Virus record (IMG/VR): IMGVR_UViG_3300030101_003361
Location: 44,470-64,469 of that record
Length of the DNA: 20,000 bases
DNA from: an uncultured virus (IMG/VR IMGVR_UViG_3300030101_003361)
Taxonomy: Duplodnaviria; Heunggongvirae; Uroviricota; Caudoviricetes
Reading direction: 5' to 3' (one strand)
Shown here: in pieces, positions 8,830-16,678 of the stretch
Layout: each line of letters starts with the position of its first letter
Position numbering within the stretch: the stretch's first letter is position 1
Notes under the pieces: model-generated
The model's input: the letters and a program-made list of their open reading frames with translations, nothing else
Told to the model about the DNA's origin: nothing
Database searches by the model: none
Program-made: the position numbers and the translations under genes

Positions 8830-10523
8830 GGCATAATATCATTTGATACATCAAATACAGGTACATAGTTACCGCTAATATGATCCCATTTAAAATGAGC
8901 TTCAGCTTGATTTTCACCTAAGTTTTGAAACTTTACTTTAAGCACCTTAACTTTAACGGTTTTTTTATTATAATCGCGATGAACAAGTAAGCCATGATAT
9001 GAAGCATCATACCATTCCCCACCACCTTTAATATTATACATATTTGGTTCATCAATTGTACCATCTTCTTTTTTATACATTTTAGTTGGGTGTGCAACTA
9101 CAATAACAAGTACATCATATTTTTTAGCAAAAGCTTCTATACGAGTTAAGTATTCCATAGTTGCATCAGGTATACTCATATTAGCAGATCCATTCATTTT
9201 AATTTTATTATACGGATCTATAACTAAACATTTAATACCTTTTCTTTTAACGAGCTGCGCTCCTTTATTTAATACAGAATCTAAATCATATCTTTCATTT
9301 TCAATGAAAAAGAAATTATCATTCACAACATTTGCAACTTCATTCCATTTATCTGAACCTATATCATTTTTATTTGGCATCCAATTACCAATCTTACGCA
9401 TTAGCTTATGTGCATGTAAGAATGTAGGTTTATTTTCTGGAGATGCAAATGCTGTTTTCCAACCATACTTTTGTTGATAACCAACAATCATTCTATCTAC
9501 AAAATCAGATTTACCTGAACTCGGTACACCTGTTACTGTAATAAATTGGCCTGTATAAGTTGAAAATATATTATCAAAATTATCAAGACCAATTTGGTAG
9601 CCTGGTTTAAATCCTTCATGAATAAATTCCTGCAGCTCATCATCAATATCATTTAACGTTATTACGTTTTCAATAGGAACAGGACTAGCGTTTTTAATAA
9701 CATCATTGAGCTTAGCGCTGCTGTTGTGTAACAAAAAATCATTAGCGTCTTTGTAAATTCCGAAATCACACGTAAAACACGTTTCAGCTCCGAGTCTGCG
9801 AATAAGCTCTTGCTTAAGGTTTTCACCCGCCTCATCTTGATCAACCGCAATAATGATCTTTTCTTTTCCTTCGAGATAATCAATGCAGCTGTCCAAGTAA
9901 TCAAGGTTATTATTATTAATTGTAGCTCCGTTTGGTACACTGATGACAGATTTGATACCCACTTCAACAAAAGATAAAGCATCAATCTCTCCTTCCACAA
10001 TAACCACATAGTCGTGCCCAATAGTAGAGTCAATATTATAAAAGATTTTTTCGGCTCCTTTAACCAGTTTAAAATTTTTCTTACCATCTCTATACTTTAT
10101 GTTAATTAATTCATTGTTAATAAAGTAATTGAATTGTATTGTATTCTCTTCTTTACCAGTTTGAGGCATCCATTCTTTACCTTCAGTAATTTTCATTTTT
10201 ACTAAAGTGTTATTTGAAATACCTCTGCTCTCAAACCACTTAATTACTTTGTCACTTAAAAGTGGATTGGCTATTGTTTTAGGCTTAGTATAAACTTTAT
10301 CGTTACCACCTTTTCTTTTGAACGTATGTAATTGAAATACTTCATTACAATTCATACATGTACCAAGACCTCTATCCCAATCGTACATAGCACATTTAGC
10401 TTTACGATTTTGTGGTTTACGATTAGCAGAGCAAAGAGGGCATATACCCTCTCGCTTGCCAACCTCTAATTTATATTGATTGAATGTATCAATCTGAAAA
10501 CCATTAATCTCGGTTTTGTTCAT
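8814..10523 (-). CDS. Bifunctional DNA primase-helicase (T7 gp4/Twinkle-like)
   Basis: Zn domain CPLC...CMNC; TOPRIM EGEIDALS and DQDEAG; KDAND; Walker A GVPSSGKS; VIDPY; VAHPTK. Confidence 0.95.
   Translation of the reverse strand: MNKTEINGFQIDTFNQYKLEVGKREGICPLCSANRKPQNRKAKCAMYDWDRGLGTCMNCNEVFQLHTFKRKGGNDKVYTKPKTIANPLLSDKVIKWFESRGISNNTLVKMKITEGKEWMPQTGKEENTIQFNYFINNELINIKYRDGKKNFKLVKGAEKIFYNIDSTIGHDYVVIVEGEIDALSFVEVGIKSVISVPNGATINNNNLDYLDSCIDYLEGKEKIIIAVDQDEAGENLKQELIRRLGAETCFTCDFGIYKDANDFLLHNSSAKLNDVIKNASPVPIENVITLNDIDDELQEFIHEGFKPGYQIGLDNFDNIFSTYTGQFITVTGVPSSGKSDFVDRMIVGYQQKYGWKTAFASPENKPTFLHAHKLMRKIGNWMPNKNDIGSDKWNEVANVVNDNFFFIENERYDLDSVLNKGAQLVKRKGIKCLVIDPYNKIKMNGSANMSIPDATMEYLTRIEAFAKKYDVLVIVVAHPTKMYKKEDGTIDEPNMYNIKGGGEWYDASYHGLLVHRDYNKKTVKVKVLKVKFQNLGENQAEAHFKWDHISGNYVPVFDVSNDIMPWEVG
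10297..10326 (-). promoter_or_regulatory. Degenerate copy of the phage bipartite motif inside the primase gene
   Basis: Minus strand TACGTTcaAAA-N14-GATAAag; 19 nt between TACGTT and GATAA, as in three of the exact copies. Confidence 0.35.
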
Positions 10524-10843
10524 TAGAATGGTAAATCTGGTTCGTTAGACTTAGACTCAAAAGTATTTGTAGCAGGTGCCGGTGATGCAACATTTTTATT
10601 AGTTGTATCAACATTTTGGCCGTCTGTCCATATGACTTTAACGTTACCTAAATATTCTTTTGGTATACTTGCATCTCTTTCATCTTTAGTTTGTTCAGTC
10701 ATTATATAGCCTGAATCACCATATTCACCAACCTCGTTATTTATAACGACGGTAACTGGATAGTATTTACCCTTCTTGCCTTCATAAATTTTATCTTTAT
10801 TTATTTTAGATAAATTTATATTACCAGATATAATACTTGCCAT
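10523..10843 (-). CDS. Single-stranded DNA-binding protein (putative)
   Basis: Beta-rich ~75-aa core (INLSKI...GKYY...YLGN), flexible tail ending EPDLPF, adjacent to primase-helicase. Confidence 0.75.
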   Translation of the reverse strand: MASIISGNINLSKINKDKIYEGKKGKYYPVTVVINNEVGEYGDSGYIMTEQTKDERDASIPKEYLGNVKVIWTDGQNVDTTNKNVASPAPATNTFESKSNEPDLPF

Positions 10844-10844
10844 A

Positions 10845-11012
10845 TTAATATGTAGATATTTGATTAAACATTCTTCTAAGCTGTGTTTTACTAGCTCCAG
10901 TAGTTCTTCTTATATTATCTACAGCTTTTACATGAGATTGATTAGTATAAAAATTATTCATACTAGTCGTGACTCCTGTTACATCACAAGTTCTTTTTCT
11001 AGTTCTTGCCAT
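10845..11012 (-). CDS. Small basic hypothetical protein (55 aa, not in ORF track)
   Basis: MARTRKRTCDVTGVTTSMNNFYTNQSHVKAVDNIRRTTGASKTQLRRMFNQISTY*; fills the gap exactly. Confidence 0.75.
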   Translation of the reverse strand: MARTRKRTCDVTGVTTSMNNFYTNQSHVKAVDNIRRTTGASKTQLRRMFNQISTY

Positions 11013-11021
11013 AAAATTAAA

Positions 11022-11753
11022 TTAAAGTGTTTTAGTTAAAAAATATTGGTTAAGGTCAACACCACTGTCAACAAAAAATTCGTTGTAAGCTTGTACTGCC
11101 TTAGCCACTTTATTCTGCCCTGATTGTAAAAAATCAGCACTACAATCAAATAGGCCTAATTGATGAGTTGATTTATCTATTACAATAAATACTAACTCAT
11201 ATCCAAACATTTTACTATAAATATATGCTTGGCTATCATAGTTAAACTTATAAGCTGAACTATGAAAAGAAGATATATTACTTGTAGTTTTTAAATCAAC
11301 TAATAACTGTTGACTATGATTTACAATATCTGCTTTACCTTTCCATAGTAAAGATTCTAATTCAACTATTCCGGGTTGTTCATATTCAACCTTTCCTTCT
11401 TGTATTAATTCTTTAAACAAATCAATACTTAAAACTTTATCACGCATTAACGCAATTTCATCTGCTTCTTTTTCTAATAAACAAATATCACCATCAGATA
11501 GTTCTTTATATAGTTTTGTATTTCTGCTGGTTGTTGGTATAATTTTATACTTATCTAATTTATTAGGTTCTAATATACATGTGTGAAAATATCCTCCAAT
11601 AACTAATGCTGTACTGGGTTTTGTTTCTTTTTTAAAGTTAATAGGATTATTAATTAAAGCGTTTATATCACTGTTTGATAAAAACTGTTTACCAAAATCG
11701 CCATAATAATGCTCGTCATCTTTTAACTTTTTAAGTATTTCTTTTTTATTCAC
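11022..11753 (-). CDS. PD-(D/E)XK exonuclease (RecE/exonuclease VIII-like)
   Basis: LSNSDI, GGYFHTCILEP, KGKADI, VDLKTT, YDSQAYIY. Confidence 0.88.
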   Translation of the reverse strand: MNKKEILKKLKDDEHYYGDFGKQFLSNSDINALINNPINFKKETKPSTALVIGGYFHTCILEPNKLDKYKIIPTTSRNTKLYKELSDGDICLLEKEADEIALMRDKVLSIDLFKELIQEGKVEYEQPGIVELESLLWKGKADIVNHSQQLLVDLKTTSNISSFHSSAYKFNYDSQAYIYSKMFGYELVFIVIDKSTHQLGLFDCSADFLQSGQNKVAKAVQAYNEFFVDSGVDLNQYFLTKTL

Positions 11754-12321
11754 TCAATTGTACTCTAACATCGTCAGAGATTGTATATTTATCTTCAAGT
11801 GTTTTCATTAATCCACCATTTGCTAAAAACTTTTTAGCTTGAGCTAAATTATTAGAATCAATAGAAGGCTTTTCAGAAGCTTTAATTTTATTCTTTAATG
11901 TTTGTACCTTATTAGAATAATTATGTTGATTAGTAGCATCAGAATCAGCTGTATCGTCAATTAACAGAAGATTACCAAGTGCATATTTTTTACCATACGA
12001 TGATGCACTACCAAATCTTTGTGGCATTTGTTGGCCTTTTGCGGTTAAATCAACACCTACTATTGCTGTAGCTAAAATTTTATCACCAGATTTATTATCT
12101 ATAATTCTAGCAGCTGAATGTATTATAGGAAATTCACCAGTAGTTAAATTTTCTTCAACTGTAAAATGTACATCATACTTATCATTAAATGGTTTTAATG
12201 CTTCAAGTATGTCTTCAGCTGACCTGAAGTTATATTTGCCAAAAGAATTATATCTTGATTTTTTGGCTTTAAATTCAAATTGTATTTTACTTAATTTTTC
12301 TCTTATATTCATTTGATTCAA
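11746..12321 (-). CDS. ERF-family single-strand annealing protein (recombinase)
   Basis: N-x-FGKYNFRSAEDIL and GSASSYGKKYALGNLLLIDD are typical ERF motifs; paired with the exonuclease. Confidence 0.88.
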   Translation of the reverse strand: MNQMNIREKLSKIQFEFKAKKSRYNSFGKYNFRSAEDILEALKPFNDKYDVHFTVEENLTTGEFPIIHSAARIIDNKSGDKILATAIVGVDLTAKGQQMPQRFGSASSYGKKYALGNLLLIDDTADSDATNQHNYSNKVQTLKNKIKASEKPSIDSNNLAQAKKFLANGGLMKTLEDKYTISDDVRVQLSE

Positions 12322-12402
12322 TTATTTTATAACCGGTATATAATCCATTTTTGTAATAAGTTATAATACCATCACCTATTACATAATTAGTTTCGCTATT
12401 TA

Positions 12403-12434
12403 TATTATCACGAGCTTTCATAGTTTGTAACGTA
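12403..12434 (-). promoter_or_regulatory. Putative phage promoter copy A (upstream of the recombination/replication operon)
   Basis: Minus strand TACGTTACAAA-ctatgaaagctcgt-GATAATA, intergenic. Confidence 0.8.
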
Positions 12435-12436
12435 TT

Positions 12437-12772
12437 TTATGAAATTAAATCATAAATAATATTATTCTTTTTAAATAATCTTTTATGTTTTATATCATCT
12501 AATTTACCAAAAACACAAAACGAACTTTTGTCAACTTCAATGTCTTTGTATATATTCTTTTCTTTATTAACACCTTTACCTGATAAACGGTTAGATTTAA
12601 TATTTAAATATTTAGACCCTGAAATAGCTTTTACATGGCTAACTGTATAATTAGGGTTTTTAAAATGTAGGTTCTGGTCGTTATGCATAGACTCAGAATT
12701 ATCTTGTTTTATATATTGCATCTCGTCTATTGTAGACGGTAAAAATTGGTATTTAGTTTTAAATTTATTCAT
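12437..12772 (-). CDS. Hypothetical protein
   Basis: 111-aa ORF, no motif recognised. Confidence 0.65.
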   Translation of the reverse strand: MNKFKTKYQFLPSTIDEMQYIKQDNSESMHNDQNLHFKNPNYTVSHVKAISGSKYLNIKSNRLSGKGVNKEKNIYKDIEVDKSSFCVFGKLDDIKHKRLFKKNNIIYDLIS

Positions 12773-12816
12773 AAGAGTACATAATTAATATAGTACAAAA
12801 TTTGTATTATGAGACG

Positions 12817-13602
12817 TTAATTTTGATAAATCTTTAAATGTTTTTCAGCATATAGATGTACCATTGAAGAACTTTTTATGCCGTGTATAGCAACGAAGTG
12901 TGCTAACTCTTTTAAAGCCAGCTCGTTAGATTTTAATTTAGCTAATATACGTTGCTTTTGCTTTCTAACATTTTCAACACGTATGCCAAAATAATTAGCA
13001 ATATCAATCATCTTTTTAGGCTTAGAGTAAATATCATCTAATCCAAAAAACATTTTTAACATTAAATGTTGCTTAGGTAAATATTTTTTAGACCATCCAT
13101 CTAAATACTCACCTAATTTATCATAACTATATTCATAAATCTCTTCTTCAACCATATTAATAATAGAACTATCAAACCAATGTGGAAATAGTTTAGTTAT
13201 ATACCCAAAACCACCGGTTATTTTCTTTTGTTCTTCATTACTCCATATACCTTTAATAGGTCTTTTAGTACCATCTGCATTAACTTTTATTCTATCTTTA
13301 AGAATACCAGTAATACTTTTTTTAAGATATTTAGAAATAGTTTTTTGCTTTTCAACTTTATCTTTAATATCATTAACTATATTCCATTTTATATTACGCC
13401 ATGATATAAGTAAAGCTAAATAACCTTCTTGAGTTAAATCATTTAAATCAACAACGCCTACAGCTCCATAATCTTTAGAAAAACTATTAGCTATATTTAT
13501 TGCCATTTTATAATATTCAAATGGAATATCAGTATTAGATTTTTTAACTTTTTCAAGTGTTGCAATATTTAACGAATATATTTTTTTATTAAAATTTTTC
13601 AT
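12817..13602 (-). CDS. Phage-encoded sigma70-family RNA polymerase sigma factor
   Basis: Region 2.2-like DLNDLTQEGYLALL; region 4 HTH LMLKMFFGLD...KKMIDIANYFGIRVENVRKQKQRILAKLK. Confidence 0.85.
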   Translation of the reverse strand: MKNFNKKIYSLNIATLEKVKKSNTDIPFEYYKMAINIANSFSKDYGAVGVVDLNDLTQEGYLALLISWRNIKWNIVNDIKDKVEKQKTISKYLKKSITGILKDRIKVNADGTKRPIKGIWSNEEQKKITGGFGYITKLFPHWFDSSIINMVEEEIYEYSYDKLGEYLDGWSKKYLPKQHLMLKMFFGLDDIYSKPKKMIDIANYFGIRVENVRKQKQRILAKLKSNELALKELAHFVAIHGIKSSSMVHLYAEKHLKIYQN

Positions 13603-13700
13603 CTACGTTTTTTCTTATTGCTTTTTCTTTCAGCTTTAATTTTATCTGCTATTTTAAAAGCATTAGTTTTTATAAAATGTGTATATATTTTTTTACTCAT
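13599..13700 (-). CDS. 33-aa basic peptide
   Basis: MSKKIYTHFIKTNAFKIADKIKAERKSNKKKRR*; ATGA overlap with the sigma gene start. Confidence 0.5.
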   Translation of the reverse strand: MSKKIYTHFIKTNAFKIADKIKAERKSNKKKRR

Positions 13701-13701
13701 A

Positions 13702-13860
13702 TCAATCAATTTTATATATCCAAGTTAATCCTTTATCATTAAACCATACCCAATCTCGGTTATGTTTATCAAATCCTTTTGGTATCTCACCGATTTTGTA
13801 AGGTTTAAATTTAATTTTTATACCTATTTTAGGTTTTATTAATGTTCTTGTTTTTTTCAT
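13702..13860 (-). CDS. Hypothetical 52-aa protein
   Basis: MKKTRTLIKPKIGIKIKFKPYKIGEIPKGFDKHNRDWVWFNDKGLTWIYKID*; ATGA overlap with the upstream ORF. Confidence 0.65.
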   Translation of the reverse strand: MKKTRTLIKPKIGIKIKFKPYKIGEIPKGFDKHNRDWVWFNDKGLTWIYKID

Positions 13861-14015
13861 ATTACGTCTTTAAAATTTATTTCATCGTACCATTCCCATT
13901 CACAATTAGGATAACTATCAATAATAGAATTAATAGTTGCTTCCTGTACTTTATGAGAAACGTCAGTATTAATTATATAAGTTTTATTATTTATTATTAG
14001 CTTACCTAGACTCAT
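13857..14015 (-). CDS. Hypothetical 52-aa protein
   Basis: MSLGKLIINNKTYIINTDVSHKVQEATINSIIDSYPNCEWEWYDEINFKDVI*. Confidence 0.65.
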   Translation of the reverse strand: MSLGKLIINNKTYIINTDVSHKVQEATINSIIDSYPNCEWEWYDEINFKDVI

Positions 14016-14253
14016 CTCTAAAATGTTTTTGATATAACAAAAATATAATTATTTTTAATACTGTACCAAATAAAATGCCAACTGCAATTGGTAATTTTAT
14101 TTGTACTATAAATGCAATCGTACCGACCGCAAGTCCATCAAACATAAACATAATACCCATGAGTATCAGCACGTTACGTTTAAATGTATCACCAAGAATG
14201 CATACTAAATATGCAGTTAGTGCAAAGAAAGATGCTATAGATATACTACTCAT
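14002..14253 (-). CDS. Small multi-pass (about 3 TM) membrane protein (start re-called from 14319)
   Basis: MSSISIASFFALTAYLVCILG...; three hydrophobic segments; ATG overlaps the ligase stop. Confidence 0.7.
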   Translation of the reverse strand: MSSISIASFFALTAYLVCILGDTFKRNVLILMGIMFMFDGLAVGTIAFIVQIKLPIAVGILFGTVLKIIIFLLYQKHFRDESR

Positions 14254-15118
14254 AGTTTCTAATTGTTTTAGCTCTTGGAAATCTGTAAGCTCCAGCTGGA
14301 GTTCTTTCAAAGAATTCAAATGTTAATAGCTTACCAATATATTTTTTTCTAGCTTGCCACATTTGTTTTCTGTTTTCAATAGTTAGTGTAGGCCAAGGTA
14401 TTTCAACTTCTCTACCGTCTTTATCAACAGCTAGCCATTTACCAAGACCATTAGCAAACTTACCTTTACCTTCAACATAACCTGTAATAGTTGCTTCAGT
14501 ATCCGACCAGTCTTTTATTTTCATTAGATTATTACTTCGTTTAGTTTCATAAGGAGTATTGTATCTAAGTATTGAACCTTCAAAACCTAAATCTTTAAAC
14601 TCATTGTGGTAGTCTTTTATTTCTGTATCTGAAGTAACTTCATACGTAGGAACTGTTTTAATTGAACGCCACTTGTAATATTCTTTATATCCTGTAATTC
14701 TTTCACTTCTTTTTTGAAATAAAATAGTATTACTTAAACTTTGATGTGTATTAATATTTGAATCAGGAATAAACTGGTCATAGCAATGAAACTGTAAATA
14801 CATTGCAGATTCAAATTTATCAGCTTGCGTTGGCTTTTGCTTTTTAACAAGTGATATAATTTTGTTAAAATCATTTTTAAATTTATGATTGTACAACTCG
14901 CCGTCAAGTATTCTATCAGGATAATCTTTAAAGAAAGATTGTAATGTAGTTGTAATATGTTTACAATTTTTAAATGGTTTATGGTTTCTGCTAAATGCAC
15001 CGTCTTTAGTTATATAGCATCTAACACCATCTAGTTTTGGCTGTATAAAGTTTTTAATGTCTAACCGTCTATTCATAGGGTCGAACTCTTTAGCCAGCAT
15101 TACGTTAAAGTTTGTCAT
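14246..15118 (-). CDS. lig: ATP-dependent DNA ligase
   Basis: MLAK, motif I QPKLDGVRC, SRN, LDGELY, FHCYD, FEGSILR, LMKIK, RFP. Confidence 0.93.
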   Translation of the reverse strand: MTNFNVMLAKEFDPMNRRLDIKNFIQPKLDGVRCYITKDGAFSRNHKPFKNCKHITTTLQSFFKDYPDRILDGELYNHKFKNDFNKIISLVKKQKPTQADKFESAMYLQFHCYDQFIPDSNINTHQSLSNTILFQKRSERITGYKEYYKWRSIKTVPTYEVTSDTEIKDYHNEFKDLGFEGSILRYNTPYETKRSNNLMKIKDWSDTEATITGYVEGKGKFANGLGKWLAVDKDGREVEIPWPTLTIENRKQMWQARKKYIGKLLTFEFFERTPAGAYRFPRAKTIRNYE

Positions 15119-15398
15119 ATTCTTTTTTAATTCTTTCATATATTTCATTTAATTCTATTACTAATTCATATTTTTCGTCAGCTAATAATTTAGCTCGTTT
15201 AGCTTCTAAATCTATTAGTTGAGCTTTTAGCATATCTTTTTTAGAAGGATGTCTAATATTTCCAAAACCATCAACCTCTGCTTCAAAGAATTCTTTAGGA
15301 GTCATAGGTTTAAAGTCTTGTTGTATTCTATTGTCAAACTCTTCTAAAATTTTATCTGCTACTAATTGTGCTAATTTTTCTAAATCTTTACGAGTCAT
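15105..15398 (-). CDS. Hypothetical protein with a C-terminal UVR-like helical hairpin
   Basis: LEAKRAKLLADEKYELVIELNEIYERIK resembles the UvrB/UvrC E-x-Y-E-x-A-A-x-L-R-D motif. Confidence 0.6.
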   Translation of the reverse strand: MTRKDLEKLAQLVADKILEEFDNRIQQDFKPMTPKEFFEAEVDGFGNIRHPSKKDMLKAQLIDLEAKRAKLLADEKYELVIELNEIYERIKKEYDKL

Positions 15399-15624
15399 GA
15401 TTTACAATTATAGTATACATATATTTTAATAATTTTTGTTTTCTAGTTAAGCATTCAACTTGCTTAGCAATTTCTTCTTTAGTAGGCCCAAAAAATGAAT
15501 CAGGAGTCATATTCTCCCAGTCTTTTATCTTTTCATCTAAAGGACCTTGCCTACTCATAATGTATATAAGTGCTTGACCTTTCAAATCGTCGTGGTCAAG
15601 CTTTAAGTGTTTTTCTCTTAACAT
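15388..15624 (-). CDS. Hypothetical protein
   Basis: 78-aa ORF in operon packing. Confidence 0.7.
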   Translation of the reverse strand: MLREKHLKLDHDDLKGQALIYIMSRQGPLDEKIKDWENMTPDSFFGPTKEEIAKQVECLTRKQKLLKYMYTIIVNHDS

Positions 15625-15625
15625 A

Positions 15626-15958
15626 TTAATCTTCTTTTTGTTCTAGCCATTCAATTACTTCTTGTTCAGGCAGATAAGATTCAGCATCTATATATATTCT
15701 TACTTCACTGCCATAGCCTAAGTCGTGGCATGTTTCTTCTATTCTATCCATAATAGTATCAAATTGAGGTTCATAATAATATACATCATTTTCCCAATCA
15801 ATATTTCTAGCGTCGTTTGTTAATACATGTAATGTATAATCATCAGCAGTATACCATTCAGACATTTCTAAATCTGGGTTACTCAAATCGTCTTTAATTA
15901 CAACGATGCTATCATACTTATTGCTTAAGTATTTTTCTAATTTATTTATATAATCCAT
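15626..15958 (-). CDS. Highly acidic protein, possible DNA mimic (start re-called from 16003)
   Basis: 110 aa from MDYINKLE; ~29 D/E versus ~8 K/R by hand count; leader TTTAAATTAAATAAAATG. Confidence 0.75.
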   Translation of the reverse strand: MDYINKLEKYLSNKYDSIVVIKDDLSNPDLEMSEWYTADDYTLHVLTNDARNIDWENDVYYYEPQFDTIMDRIEETCHDLGYGSEVRIYIDAESYLPEQEVIEWLEQKED

Positions 15959-15978
15959 TTTATTTAATTTAAAGTTAG

Positions 15979-16051
15979 AGCGAAAAGTGGGAATCGAACC
16001 CACAACCTTTAGATTGGAAATCTAATGCTCTGCCAGTTGAGCTATTTTCGC
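15979..16051 (-). tRNA. tRNA-Gly(TCC), CCA not encoded
   Basis: GCGAAAA/TTTTCGC acceptor with U73, GCTC/GAGC D-stem, TTAGA-TTTCCAA-TCTAA anticodon arm, GTGGG-TTCGATT-CCCAC T-arm. Confidence 0.96.
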
Positions 16052-16055
16052 ATAA

Positions 16056-16155
16056 GGAGGCGGATGAAACTAGGAATGACAGAGATGCACTCAGCGCCTT
16101 ACACTCTTAATCTGTTTATATCATCTTTCTACCTTTCGGCTTCCTGACTACCTCC
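16056..16155 (-). ncRNA. Candidate structured ncRNA 1 (~100 nt)
   Basis: Nested stems GGAGGT/GCCTCC, AGGAA/TTCCT and AGATG/CATCT, plus a GCC-GAAA-GGT tetraloop hairpin; GC-richer than surroundings; between tRNAs. Confidence 0.6.
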
Positions 16156-16158
16156 AAT

Positions 16159-16225
16159 ATGAAAACGACGGTTTGATTGCATTGGTATTTTAAATTGTAC
16201 CGCGTTCAGGTATATTCGTTTTCAT
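16159..16225 (-). ncRNA. Candidate structured ncRNA 2 (~67-nt hairpin)
   Basis: Perfect 10-bp terminal stem ATGAAAACGA/TCGTTTTCAT with inner TGA/TCA, GC/GC and GGTA/TACC pairings. Confidence 0.55.
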
Positions 16226-16228
16226 TAG

Positions 16229-16302
16229 GTGCGCGGGGTGGATTCGAACCACCGACCTCGAGTTTATGAGACTCGCGAGCTGTCCCGCTGCTCTACCGCG
16301 CA
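16229..16302 (-). tRNA. tRNA with CAT anticodon (Met; initiator-like D-arm)
   Basis: TGCGCGG/CCGCGCA acceptor, GAGC/GCTC D-stem, CGAGT-CTCATAA-ACTCG anticodon arm, GGTGG-TTCGAAT-CCACC T-arm. Confidence 0.93.
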
Positions 16303-16412
16303 ATATTATATCGTTTCCAATATTCTATTTCAAACAATTCAATTTGTTCTTTTGACATTTTTAATAGAACATTTTTTTTATTTCTTCTTTTTTTAATCAA
16401 CGTACTCTTCAT
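16293..16412 (-). CDS. Possible 39-aa basic peptide whose stop lies inside the tRNA 5' end
   Basis: MKSTLIKKRRNKKNVLLKMSKEQIELFEIEYWKRYNIAR*. Confidence 0.3.
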   Translation of the reverse strand: MKSTLIKKRRNKKNVLLKMSKEQIELFEIEYWKRYNIAR

Positions 16413-16629
16413 CTATTTCATCTTTTAACCATTCTTTTTTAGAATCTAATTCCATAATTTTGATTGTCATATAGTCAATTACATTTTGAACTGAAAACTT
16501 TTTAGATTTCATAAGTTTAGGATATACTTTTTCAATAGCATATTCAACTGAGAATGTATCTATATGTTGTTCAACATTATTTTTTAAATCTATTATATCT
16601 GCATAATTTTTTAAGTCTATTTTATTCAT
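16393..16629 (-). CDS. Hypothetical protein
   Basis: 78-aa ORF directly downstream of promoter copy B. Confidence 0.75.
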   Translation of the reverse strand: MNKIDLKNYADIIDLKNNVEQHIDTFSVEYAIEKVYPKLMKSKKFSVQNVIDYMTIKIMELDSKKEWLKDEIDEEYVD

Positions 16630-16647
16630 ATTTATTTAATTTTATTA

Positions 16648-16678
16648 TATTATCGTTTTAATTTTAATTTGTAACGTA
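16648..16678 (-). promoter_or_regulatory. Putative phage promoter copy B (upstream of the tRNA/ncRNA cluster)
   Basis: Minus strand TACGTTACAAA-ttaaaattaaaac-GATAATA, ending about 19 nt before the ATG at 16629. Confidence 0.8.

Noticed and set aside
2663..10523. Introns or inteins in nrdA, nrdB, thyA or helicase
   Set aside because: All are of compact expected length with contiguous motifs.
363..14326. Antisense ORFs in the track (363-578, 2453-2635, 3042-3353, 3675-4112, 5702-5935, 8350-8661, 14075-14326)
   Set aside because: They lie opposite well-supported genes and show no motifs; shadow ORFs.
3640..15000. Same-strand alternate-frame ORFs nested in nrdA, nrdB, thyA, primase and ligase
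   Set aside because: Essentially contained within conserved enzymes, Leu/Ile-rich frame-shift composition, no independent evidence.
15959..16003. N-terminal extensions of ORFs 15626-16003 and 18609-18836
   Set aside because: They run through the tRNA-Gly and mini-tRNA; downstream ATGs have typical leaders.
16125..16150. GTCAGGAAGCCGAAAGGTAG as SRP 4.5S RNA or hammerhead core
   Set aside because: Lacks the SRP symmetric-loop partner (AGCAG) and the hammerhead CTGANGA box.
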